Below, piece after piece: positions 8,229-16,367 of a stretch of DNA of 44,952 bases. The stretch lies in contig SCSP01000278.1 in NCBI GenBank assembly GCA_004297845.1, positions 1-44,952 of the forward strand. The letters run 5' to 3'. Each line of letters starts with the position of its first letter. Position 1 is the first letter of the stretch. A model generated the notes under the pieces. It ran no database searches. It had not been told where the DNA came from and worked only from the letters and a program-made list of their open reading frames with translations. The position numbers and the translations under genes are program-made. This DNA is from Bacteroidota bacterium. GTDB taxonomy: Bacteria; Bacteroidota; Bacteroidia; Palsa-948.

Positions 8229-11200
8229 ATGAATTTTATACGCCTTTCTCTTATAGGTTTTCTATTATCCGATGTTTGTCAACTATTATATTCTCAGGTA
8301 GTTATAAACGAGCTGTCTTCAGCCAACGATGCTGTTGTTGCCGATGAGGACGGAGATTATGAAGATTGGATAGAGCTTTATAATCCTACTAATGTTACCA
8401 TCTCCTTGAATAAATATTCTTTTTTATACGAGGTGCCCAACGAGGCTCCGGTAAGTTGGACTTTTCCTAAGATTTTTATCAAACCCAGGCAACATCTGCT
8501 GATATTTGCTTCCAAAAAGAATCGGAAAGAGGCGATTGATCACTGGGAAGTACCCATTTTTGCGGACAGTACATGGAGATATAAAGTGAATACTGCCTCC
8601 GGCCCGGCTGCAAACTGGTATCAGCCAACTTATTCTGACATATCCTGGCTTCAGGGCAAGGGTGGTTTCGGATATGCAGATGGAGATGACCAGACCAATA
8701 CCGGTGCTGCTTACTCTGTTTTCTTACGGAAAAATTTTAGTGTCACCGATACCAGCAAATATTCTTTGGGTGTGCTGATGATTGACTATGACGATGCGTT
8801 TGTTGCATTCCTGAACGGGGTGGAGGTGGCCCGAAGCAATATCGGTGCGTTCGGTGATCATCCTGTTTACAACGTATCAGCTTATGATGAGCACGAAGCC
8901 AAACTTTATCAGGGAGGCAGCCAGGAGTTTTTTTTTGTTCAGCTTAAAAATAGTTTAAAGCCAGGCAATAATGTTTTCAGTATTCAAGCACATAACTATT
9001 CGGGCGGAATGGATGACCTTACCGTTATGCCATGGCTGATATTGGGAAGCAAGGACACAGCACAGCAATTTATTTCTTTCCCGGCTGAATTCCGTATGCA
9101 TACCAATTTTTCACTTTCCTCCACCGAAGGATTCAAACTTACCTTGAAAGATTCTCTCGGTGCTATTAAAGATTCTCTCACGCTTGGACCAAAAAATATG
9201 CAGGCGAATAATTCCAAAGGCAGAAATCCGGACGGAAGTGTTAGCTGGTGTTTGTTCTGGGGGCCATCGCCTGCCGATACGAACGATGTTACCCAGTGCT
9301 TTGGAACGTATTCTGCCAAACCGGCATTTAACCTTCCTGCCGGATTTTACACAGGAGTTCAGACACTTTCTATAACGGTTCCGGCAGGAACAGCAGTTTT
9401 CTATACTCGTAATGGAAATAATCCTATGTGGACTGATTCCATGTACACCGGGTCAATTATCATTGATTCAACTCAGGTGATTCGTGCGCGCGCATTTGCG
9501 TTATCCGGTACCGATTTGCCGAGCAGTACAATCACGAACAGCTATTTCATCAACGAAAATAGTACGTTGCCCGTAATTTCTTTGTGTACGGATTCAGTAA
9601 ATCTTTGGGACTGGAACACCGGCATATATGTAATGGGACCCAATGCCGATACGGTAAATCTTCCCAACCAGAACGCTAATTTTTGGATGCCATGGAAAAA
9701 ACAGGCGCATACCGAATTTTTTACGAAGAATAAGCTGCTTGGATTTGAACAAGATTGCGCCACCGAAATCCACGGTAACTTTTCCCGCGCATGGCCCCAG
9801 AAAAGTTTCCGCATCATGGCGAACGATGATTACCAGGATCCCTACATCAACTACAAATTATTCCCGGAAAAAAATATAACCAAATTCAAATCCTTCAACA
9901 TCCGCAATGCAGGCATTGACTGGAATACCTGCCATTTCCGCGACAGGCTCATGCACGATATTGTGCAGAAAAAAACAGATATTGACATCATGGACGGGGA
10001 AGCCTGCCTGCTCTTCCTCAACGGGCAGTACTGGGGGGTATATGAAATGCGCGAGCGTCAGGACGAAAATTATATAGCAGGCAATCACAATGTTAGTCCG
10101 GACAGTATTGACCTTCTGCGCTTTGAAGGAGATATCCTGGAAGGCTCCAACGCAGCCTTTTATGGCATGGTTGGATTTCTCGCCAATAACAATATGGCTA
10201 TTCAGGCGAATTATGATTCAGCCCAAAAGCTTATTGATATTGAAAATTATTCTGATTATTTTATTACCGAAACCTATTACAACAACTGGGATTGGTTTTG
10301 GACCGATCTTGCGAACAACACCCAGGGAACAAACAACATCAAATTTTGGAGAGGAACTAACCCTGTAACCAAATGGCGTTACGTGCTTTGGGATACTGAT
10401 CTGGGCATGGCGCTGATGGACGGTGCCGCTGTCAATTGCCCGCAGAACCTTTTTGGTACTATTACAGACCCTGTCATCACTTCTCCGAGTTTGCATATTG
10501 TGATGCTGAAAGCAATGCTGCAAAATACTTCTTTCAAAAATTATTTTGTGAACCGTTATTGCGACCTCATGAATACTGTTTTTCACCCCGACAGCGTCCT
10601 CGCCAAGGTCAACAATGTGCGTACTGAACTTCAGCCTGAAATGGCAAGGCAGTTTGCAAGGTGGAACGGTGGGCCGATCACCATTTTCGGAGCATGGGAT
10701 GTGGGACGCTCAATTGACATCCCCACCTGGCTGAATGAAATTGATACGCTCGAAGAATTTGTGAATTGCCGTCCGTACAATGTACGGGATTCTTTACAGG
10801 CAGAATTTGCATTAACCAAACAGGTGGATGTGACCCTGGATGTTTCACCTGCCGGTGCCGGAAAGATACATTTGAATACGATCGACCCCGTTCCTTATCC
10901 CTGGACAGGTATTTACATGGATGGAGTACCAATTACCATGACCGCCATTCCAAATACAGGATATGTGTTTTCGCACTGGCAGGCACCCATTTTGATCCCA
11001 ACTCCGGTCAGTACGGCTTCGGTTTCGCTTAATGTTACTGTGAATGAAACTTTCACAGCGTATTTTACCCCCATCCCTCCGGGTGTCGATCCGCTTGAAG
11101 CAAGTCTGGGATTGGGTGTTTATCCGAATCCTTTCACCGATGATTTTTCGGTGACCTATACCTTGCACCAGGATGAGAAAATCTCGGTCAGACTTTTTGA

Positions 11201-11375
11201 TATTCTGGGGCAGGAAGTGATCCAGTTGGTTGCTGCAGATCAGCCTCAAAATGCAGGTGCGCATGAACTGAAAGTAAATTCTGCGGATTATGAACTCTCA
11301 GGTGGTATTTATTTTCTTAAATTCACAACCGAAGGTTTTTCCAAGATGATCAGGTTGGTGAAAACCGGTAATTAA
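8229..11375 (+). CDS. CotH kinase-family protein, paralog 2 (same domain order, T9SS CTD)
   Basis: Collinear with 4978-8154 over its full length. It carries the same LTD, NGQYWGVYEMRERQDENY and KWRYVLWDTDLG motifs and a C-terminal VYPNPFTD...GIYFLKF...RLVK. Confidence 0.88.
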   Translation: MNFIRLSLIGFLLSDVCQLLYSQVVINELSSANDAVVADEDGDYEDWIELYNPTNVTISLNKYSFLYEVPNEAPVSWTFPKIFIKPRQHLLIFASKKNRKEAIDHWEVPIFADSTWRYKVNTASGPAANWYQPTYSDISWLQGKGGFGYADGDDQTNTGAAYSVFLRKNFSVTDTSKYSLGVLMIDYDDAFVAFLNGVEVARSNIGAFGDHPVYNVSAYDEHEAKLYQGGSQEFFFVQLKNSLKPGNNVFSIQAHNYSGGMDDLTVMPWLILGSKDTAQQFISFPAEFRMHTNFSLSSTEGFKLTLKDSLGAIKDSLTLGPKNMQANNSKGRNPDGSVSWCLFWGPSPADTNDVTQCFGTYSAKPAFNLPAGFYTGVQTLSITVPAGTAVFYTRNGNNPMWTDSMYTGSIIIDSTQVIRARAFALSGTDLPSSTITNSYFINENSTLPVISLCTDSVNLWDWNTGIYVMGPNADTVNLPNQNANFWMPWKKQAHTEFFTKNKLLGFEQDCATEIHGNFSRAWPQKSFRIMANDDYQDPYINYKLFPEKNITKFKSFNIRNAGIDWNTCHFRDRLMHDIVQKKTDIDIMDGEACLLFLNGQYWGVYEMRERQDENYIAGNHNVSPDSIDLLRFEGDILEGSNAAFYGMVGFLANNNMAIQANYDSAQKLIDIENYSDYFITETYYNNWDWFWTDLANNTQGTNNIKFWRGTNPVTKWRYVLWDTDLGMALMDGAAVNCPQNLFGTITDPVITSPSLHIVMLKAMLQNTSFKNYFVNRYCDLMNTVFHPDSVLAKVNNVRTELQPEMARQFARWNGGPITIFGAWDVGRSIDIPTWLNEIDTLEEFVNCRPYNVRDSLQAEFALTKQVDVTLDVSPAGAGKIHLNTIDPVPYPWTGIYMDGVPITMTAIPNTGYVFSHWQAPILIPTPVSTASVSLNVTVNETFTAYFTPIPPGVDPLEASLGLGVYPNPFTDDFSVTYTLHQDEKISVRLFDILGQEVIQLVAADQPQNAGAHELKVNSADYELSGGIYFLKFTTEGFSKMIRLVKTGN

Positions 11376-11431
11376 TGCCTGATTTCAGAATTGCTACAGG
11401 ATTTAACATTTACTTTGTAATAAATTAATGT

Positions 11432-13087
11432 ATGAAGGTTCTTTCCGCAATTATTCTTTCTGTTGTGATTCCGGGCGTTGTGTCTGCTCAATGGAACCCG
11501 AGTTCTTCCGTCAACACATCCGTTTGCGTTCAACCGTATGACCAGCAGGATGCACGTATTGTAACCGACAGTAAAGGTGGGGCGATAATCACCTGGCTCG
11601 ATTTCAGAAATGATGCTGCACAGATCCTGGGCGATGTATTTGTACAGCGGATCGACAAGAACGGTATTAATAAGTGGACAGTAAACGGTGTTGCTGCCTG
11701 TGCAGATGCAACCAATCAAACGGCTCCTTCTGTGGTGGAGGATGGAACCGGTGGGGCTATCATTGCCTGGAACGACTGGAGAAACGGCACCCGCGATATT
11801 TATGCTCAGAAAATTGATTCAACAGGAACGGTAAAATGGGCGGTAAACGGAGTGGCCGTTGTTGCAAAGGCAAGCCATCAGCAGGATGCTAAACTTATTT
11901 CTGACGGAGCAGGGGGTGCTATCGTGGTGTGGCAGGATTCTGCCAACGGACTTTGGGATATTTATGCGCAGCGTATCAGTAGTACTGGTTCTTTGAACTG
12001 GACTGCTGCCGGAGTTCCCATTTGCAGTGCGGCCGATGCCCAGATAAATCCCCGCATTGAAACGGATGGAGCAGGAGGTGCTGTGATCGTATGGCAGGAC
12101 AAACGCGGTGGAATTGATTATGATATTTATGCCCAGCATGTGGACGCAACCGGGGCTACCACCTGGACAGCGAACGGAGTGGCGGTCTGCACAAGTATCA
12201 GCACTCAGTCAAATCCTAAAATTGAGCCGGACGGTGCCGGAGGGATGATCATTGCCTGGCAGGATAAAAGGAACGGAGTGGATTATAATGTTTATACACA
12301 ACGTCTGAGTGCTGCCGGTATTGTGCTATGGTCACCCAACGGGGTGGCGGTTTGCACAGCGGCTGCTTCTCAAAGTGCGGTAGACATGACCTCGGAAGGA
12401 ATTGCGGGTGCCATCATTGTGTGGAAAGACCTTCGAAGCGGCAACTATGATATTTATGCCCAGCGGGTAGATCTTACCGGAAATCTGCAATGGGCTGTGA
12501 ACGGGGTGGCCATTTCTACCGGCCCTGGGGCTCAGTTGAATCCAAATGCCGTGGGTGACGGTGCGGGGGGTGCTATTATTGTCTGGCAGGATTCCAGTGC
12601 GGGTTCTTCAGATATTAAAAGTCAGCGTTTAAGCAGTTTGGGAGTAGTACAATGGACGGTCGGAGGGGTTGGCGTAGGTACAGCAGCCGATAATCAGACC
12701 AGTCCTAAGAATGTTTCGGACGGATCAGGGGGGAGTATCTATGCATGGCAGGATAAAAGGAATGCCGCTGATTTTGATATCTATGCCCATCATCTTTATT
12801 CAAACGGATCGACCAGTGGGATCTTTGAGCATAATAATTATATCAGAAGTTCTGTGTTTCCAAATCCATTTAGTGAGTCGGCCGAAATACAGGTATCAGG
12901 TATAGAGTATCAGGCAAAGGGCATCCGTTTGTTTGATGTTTTGGGACAAGAGATCAGCCCGGATGTTACCAAAAACGACAAAGGATTCTTGATCAAGAGA
13001 AACAATCTTTCAATCGGCATTTATTTTTACGAGATCAAAACTTCAGAAAATATCTTTTCAACCGGAAAGTTCATTATTACGGATTAA
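11432..13087 (+). CDS. Secreted repeat protein (about eight ~54-aa repeats, propeller-like) with T9SS CTD
   Basis: Signal peptide, then repeated units GGAI[IV]xWxDxRxGxxDIYAQRxxxxGxxxWxxNGVxVC, then VFPNPFSE...GIYFYEI...GKFIITD. Confidence 0.8.
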   Translation: MKVLSAIILSVVIPGVVSAQWNPSSSVNTSVCVQPYDQQDARIVTDSKGGAIITWLDFRNDAAQILGDVFVQRIDKNGINKWTVNGVAACADATNQTAPSVVEDGTGGAIIAWNDWRNGTRDIYAQKIDSTGTVKWAVNGVAVVAKASHQQDAKLISDGAGGAIVVWQDSANGLWDIYAQRISSTGSLNWTAAGVPICSAADAQINPRIETDGAGGAVIVWQDKRGGIDYDIYAQHVDATGATTWTANGVAVCTSISTQSNPKIEPDGAGGMIIAWQDKRNGVDYNVYTQRLSAAGIVLWSPNGVAVCTAAASQSAVDMTSEGIAGAIIVWKDLRSGNYDIYAQRVDLTGNLQWAVNGVAISTGPGAQLNPNAVGDGAGGAIIVWQDSSAGSSDIKSQRLSSLGVVQWTVGGVGVGTAADNQTSPKNVSDGSGGSIYAWQDKRNAADFDIYAHHLYSNGSTSGIFEHNNYIRSSVFPNPFSESAEIQVSGIEYQAKGIRLFDVLGQEISPDVTKNDKGFLIKRNNLSIGIYFYEIKTSENIFSTGKFIITD

Positions 13088-13098
13088 CACCATGAAAT

Positions 13099-13512
13099 AT
13101 GAAAAGTAGTAAGTCAATTCTTGCCTTTTGTATACTGTGTACTGTTTACTGCGTACTACTCGTCTCCTGCAAAAAAGGCCCGGGAGAGGGCGGCAGAGCC
13201 AGCATCATCGGGAAGGTGTACACGGTGAATTACAATTCCACCATGACGGTGGCTGTTGATTCCGGTTACCTGGGAGGGCAGAAGGTGAATATTATTTACG
13301 GAGATGAGATTGCAATAGGCAAGAGCGAAGACACCAACAATGAAGGTGCTTACGAGTTCTCCTACCTCCGTAAAGGTAAATACAAAATATATCTGTACAC
13401 AAAAACAGCACAGAATATGCTGGATTCTGCTTTGGTGCAGGAAGGAGAAATAACTGAAAAGAAACAAGTGCTGGAATTGCCGGATTTTAGAATTAAAACC
13501 AACAAGAACTGA
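13099..13512 (+). CDS. Small lipoprotein, carboxypeptidase-regulatory-like beta-sandwich
   Basis: Signal peptide ending in LLVSC (lipobox). The pattern IIGKV...GAYEFSYLRKGKYKIYLY resembles CarboxypepD_reg-type domains. Confidence 0.6.
   Translation: MKSSKSILAFCILCTVYCVLLVSCKKGPGEGGRASIIGKVYTVNYNSTMTVAVDSGYLGGQKVNIIYGDEIAIGKSEDTNNEGAYEFSYLRKGKYKIYLYTKTAQNMLDSALVQEGEITEKKQVLELPDFRIKTNKN
13131..13158 (+). repeat. Degenerate heptamer tract (NNTACTG x4) within signal-peptide coding sequence
   Basis: Reads tatactg tgtactg tttactg cgtacta. It shares the core word with the perfect tract at 15624-15651. Confidence 0.7.
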
Positions 13513-13514
13513 TT

Positions 13515-14099
13515 ATGTTCCGAATTTGTTTTTTGGGATTTTTACTGATTGTTTTTTGTGCGTCTGCACAGAGCAAAAAAGAAAAGAAAGCCATTAAAAC
13601 GTATGCAGTAAAATCCATTACCGAGAATGTTACTGAATCAGTAAGCGGGAAAATGGTTACACGTAAAGATTCTTATACTGCCTTTGATAAAAATGCAAAC
13701 ATCACTTCGAACGAAGAGTATAGAAAGGACGGTACATTAAAACACAAGGAAACAGCTAAATACGATTCCCAGGGAAATAAACTGGAAGAAACAGTCTGGG
13801 ATGCCGCAGAGATTACTCCCAATCCGGAAAAATATGTAAAACAGGTTTCAAAATTTGATTCAGAAGACAGCAAGACTGAACAGCAGGAATTTGATGCAAG
13901 CGGAAAGCTTTTAAGTAAAACAAAATATTCTTACAATAACAACGGAGATAAGACCCTGGAAGAAGTTTTTGACGTCTCCGGAAAACTTATCCGCAAGTTC
14001 AAGTACTCTTACAATTCCAAGGGTCTTAAAATTGATAAGCTGGAATACGATGGATCCAATGTGCTGATCTCTTCCCGCAGATACCAATACGAATTCTGA
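13515..14099 (+). CDS. Secreted repeat protein (YD/MORN-variant-like short repeats)
   Basis: Signal peptide (FCASAQ) and repeated K[YF]DSQGNK / FDASGKL / FDVSGKL / KYSYNxxG units. Its stop overlaps the next start (TGATG). Confidence 0.55.
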   Translation: MFRICFLGFLLIVFCASAQSKKEKKAIKTYAVKSITENVTESVSGKMVTRKDSYTAFDKNANITSNEEYRKDGTLKHKETAKYDSQGNKLEETVWDAAEITPNPEKYVKQVSKFDSEDSKTEQQEFDASGKLLSKTKYSYNNNGDKTLEEVFDVSGKLIRKFKYSYNSKGLKIDKLEYDGSNVLISSRRYQYEF

Positions 14100-14890
14100 T
14101 GCCGGCACTCAGCAGTGTTATAGCAAAGTTTGAGCCCATCACCCTCTCTGAAATGGAGAATGTGAAGTTGATGGAACGGACCGATTCTAAATATGTTTTT
14201 TCCCGTGAGCAGCTTCCTGAAATCCTTGATGCGATGAACTCTTCGTACCGCCTTCTGGAGATCAACAATATGCGCCAACATCGGTACGAGTCCTTGTATT
14301 ACGACACGAAAGATTTCCAACTGTTTAAAAGGCACCATCTCGGAAGGTTGAATCGTTGGAAGTTGCGTTTTAGAAAGTATGTTGATTCCGGAGGACTAAC
14401 CTTTTTCGAGATCAAATTTAAAAACAGGAAGGAAACAACAATTAAGAACCGGGTTAAGATGAAAGAGGTCGGTAATACAATCGAAGGAAAGGCGATGGAT
14501 TTTATGAAAGAGATAACTCCCTTTGCCCCGGAGAACTTTGAACCTAAAATGTGGGTGAACTATTCGCGCATGACCTTTGTAAATAAATTTATGAAGGAAA
14601 GACTTACTATTGATACTGACCTTCATTTTAAAAAGGCTTTGGCGGACGGCAAGGTCCTTGAAGCCCGGTTTCCCGGCATGGTAATCGCAGAGGCGAAGCG
14701 GGGAAAAGCATCTTCGGTTTCAGAGTTCATCCGTATGGTGCGCCTTAATGGCATCCGTGAATCGGGAATCAGTAAATATTGCTTCGGCATTTACAACCTT
14801 TTCGACTCAGTAAAGAAGAATAACTTTAAACCCCGGGTGCGTTTCATTCATAAAATGGCGGGAATGCCTTTTTATCCAACAGGAACCTAA
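14099..14890 (+). CDS. VTC-domain (polyphosphate polymerase / CYTH-like tunnel) protein
   Basis: 263 aa with no signal peptide. Basic beta-strand motifs typical of bacterial VTC-domain proteins: ERTDSKYVF, RWKLRFRKY, FFEIKFKNRKETTIKNR and VIAEAKRG. Confidence 0.78.
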   Translation: MPALSSVIAKFEPITLSEMENVKLMERTDSKYVFSREQLPEILDAMNSSYRLLEINNMRQHRYESLYYDTKDFQLFKRHHLGRLNRWKLRFRKYVDSGGLTFFEIKFKNRKETTIKNRVKMKEVGNTIEGKAMDFMKEITPFAPENFEPKMWVNYSRMTFVNKFMKERLTIDTDLHFKKALADGKVLEARFPGMVIAEAKRGKASSVSEFIRMVRLNGIRESGISKYCFGIYNLFDSVKKNNFKPRVRFIHKMAGMPFYPTGT

Positions 14891-14907
14891 ATCTAAACTA
14901 CTGCAAT

Positions 14908-15546
14908 ATGTATCTACTACAAGAAACAACAGAATCGCTTTCAACCGGGATGGCATTATTTGACAAGCTCTCTCTCAAATTTTTTATCCGGCTTGGGATC
15001 GACCTGTCCTCGGTTTTTGTGCTGATCCGGCTTATTTATTATCCGAACTACCGCACCAAGGAATTTTTCTTCACTTTTTTCATTTTCAACCTTGTCATAT
15101 TTCTCATTACCTACATGATGAATAAGGTGGAAATGTCTATGGGAGCTGCATTCGGTCTCTTTGCCGTATTCAGCATCATGCGTTACCGCTCGGAGGATAT
15201 TTCAATCAAGGACCTCACTTATCTTTTTCTTGTAATTGCCATCGGCCTGATCACCGCAGTTTCTAAAGGGGGCTGGGACGAATTGTCGCTGATTAATTTG
15301 ATTATCATTGTGGTCACCCTGCTGCTTGAAACAAATTTGCTGATGAAAAGGGAATTGGGGAAATCAGTTCTATATGAGAATATTGAAATGATCAAGCCCG
15401 AGAATCACAAAAAATTACTGGAAGACCTGAGAACCAGAACCGGTCTCAACATTCACCGTTTCAGCATTACCAAAGTGGATTTTCTCCGAGATATGGCTAC
15501 CATAAGGGTTTATTACTACGATACAAGAAGTAAAATATCTATCTAA
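14908..15546 (+). CDS. DUF4956-like integral membrane protein
   Basis: 212 aa with about four hydrophobic helices. The GLFAVFSIMRYRSEDISIKDLTYLF core resembles DUF4956, plus a soluble C-terminal tail. The usual partner of bacterial VTC-domain genes. Confidence 0.68.
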   Translation: MYLLQETTESLSTGMALFDKLSLKFFIRLGIDLSSVFVLIRLIYYPNYRTKEFFFTFFIFNLVIFLITYMMNKVEMSMGAAFGLFAVFSIMRYRSEDISIKDLTYLFLVIAIGLITAVSKGGWDELSLINLIIIVVTLLLETNLLMKRELGKSVLYENIEMIKPENHKKLLEDLRTRTGLNIHRFSITKVDFLRDMATIRVYYYDTRSKISI

Positions 15547-15549
15547 GGG

Positions 15550-16284
15550 ATGAAGTCGCCAGTTCAAAGCCCCAAGTCACAAGCCCCAAGCTCCATGCAC
15601 AAAGGATTTTTACTGGCTGTTTTTGTCTACTGTCTACTGTCTACTGTCTACTCCCATTCTCAAGACTACCCCGATGCCGGATCATGGAACACTTTTAATT
15701 TGGAATATTCTCTCCATGCGAAATTCACAGGACTGTTTACTCAGGAATGCAGGATCAGGGAGAATTTTTCCCGCCTCAATCTATTCTATACAAATTTGGG
15801 AATCGAATACAAGGTCGCCAAGAATTTAAAAGCCGCTCTGATTTATCGTTGGATAGATAAATATGAGGACGACAACTCATTCAGTTTTCGTCATCGGATC
15901 ATGCTTGACCTTATGCTGAAGCATAAATTCGGAAAGTTTGTTACAGCATACAGGAACCGTACCCAGGTGGAAGAACGGGATATTTATTCCAGTGATGACG
16001 GACGTGTTCCCGAGTGGTATTCAAGAAATAAATTTGGAGTAAAATGTGATATGGAAAAAAGGTACACTCCTTTTGCTTCCGTTGAATTTCGTTATCAGTT
16101 TCATGATCCGCGTAACATTGACAGCGATAAAACCTGGCACCGCACCCGCTCAGTTGCTGGAGTGGAATATAAGATCAATAACAAAAATATATTTGCCGCT
16201 TATTATCTTGTTCAGATAGAGTACAATGTAGCTGCCCCACAGGATCAATACATTGTAGGTTTGGAATACACACTATCTCTATAA
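15550..16284 (+). CDS. Outer-membrane beta-barrel-like protein (DUF2490-like)
   Basis: Signal peptide followed by alternating aromatic/polar strands ending in YTLSL. The true start may be Met16 at 15595, because the first 15 codons lie in low-complexity repeat DNA. Confidence 0.55.
   Translation: MKSPVQSPKSQAPSSMHKGFLLAVFVYCLLSTVYSHSQDYPDAGSWNTFNLEYSLHAKFTGLFTQECRIRENFSRLNLFYTNLGIEYKVAKNLKAALIYRWIDKYEDDNSFSFRHRIMLDLMLKHKFGKFVTAYRNRTQVEERDIYSSDDGRVPEWYSRNKFGVKCDMEKRYTPFASVEFRYQFHDPRNIDSDKTWHRTRSVAGVEYKINNKNIFAAYYLVQIEYNVAAPQDQYIVGLEYTLSL
15624..15651 (+). repeat. Perfect tandem heptamer (TGTCTAC)x4
   Basis: Four exact 7-bp units with degenerate units on both sides. It encodes part of the signal peptide (VYCLLSTVYS). 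Confidence 0.9.
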
Positions 16285-16367
16285 TATTTTCTCTTCCCCC
16301 ACTCTGTTTTTTCTCTTTTGCATTTGTTTTCATTCGTATATTCGTAATGATTCGTTATTCGTAGAGT

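Noticed and set aside
11495-12830. Periodic DNA repeats considered as a CRISPR-like array
   Set aside because: The ~160-bp periodicity is degenerate, lies within one long ORF, and encodes a coherent protein repeat. There are no short identical direct repeats with unique spacers.
16285-16367. Possible M-box (Mg) riboswitch upstream of mgtE
   Set aside because: The leader is only 83 nt and is filled with ATTCGTA words. That is too short for an M-box aptamer, and it contains no recognisable conserved M-box segments.
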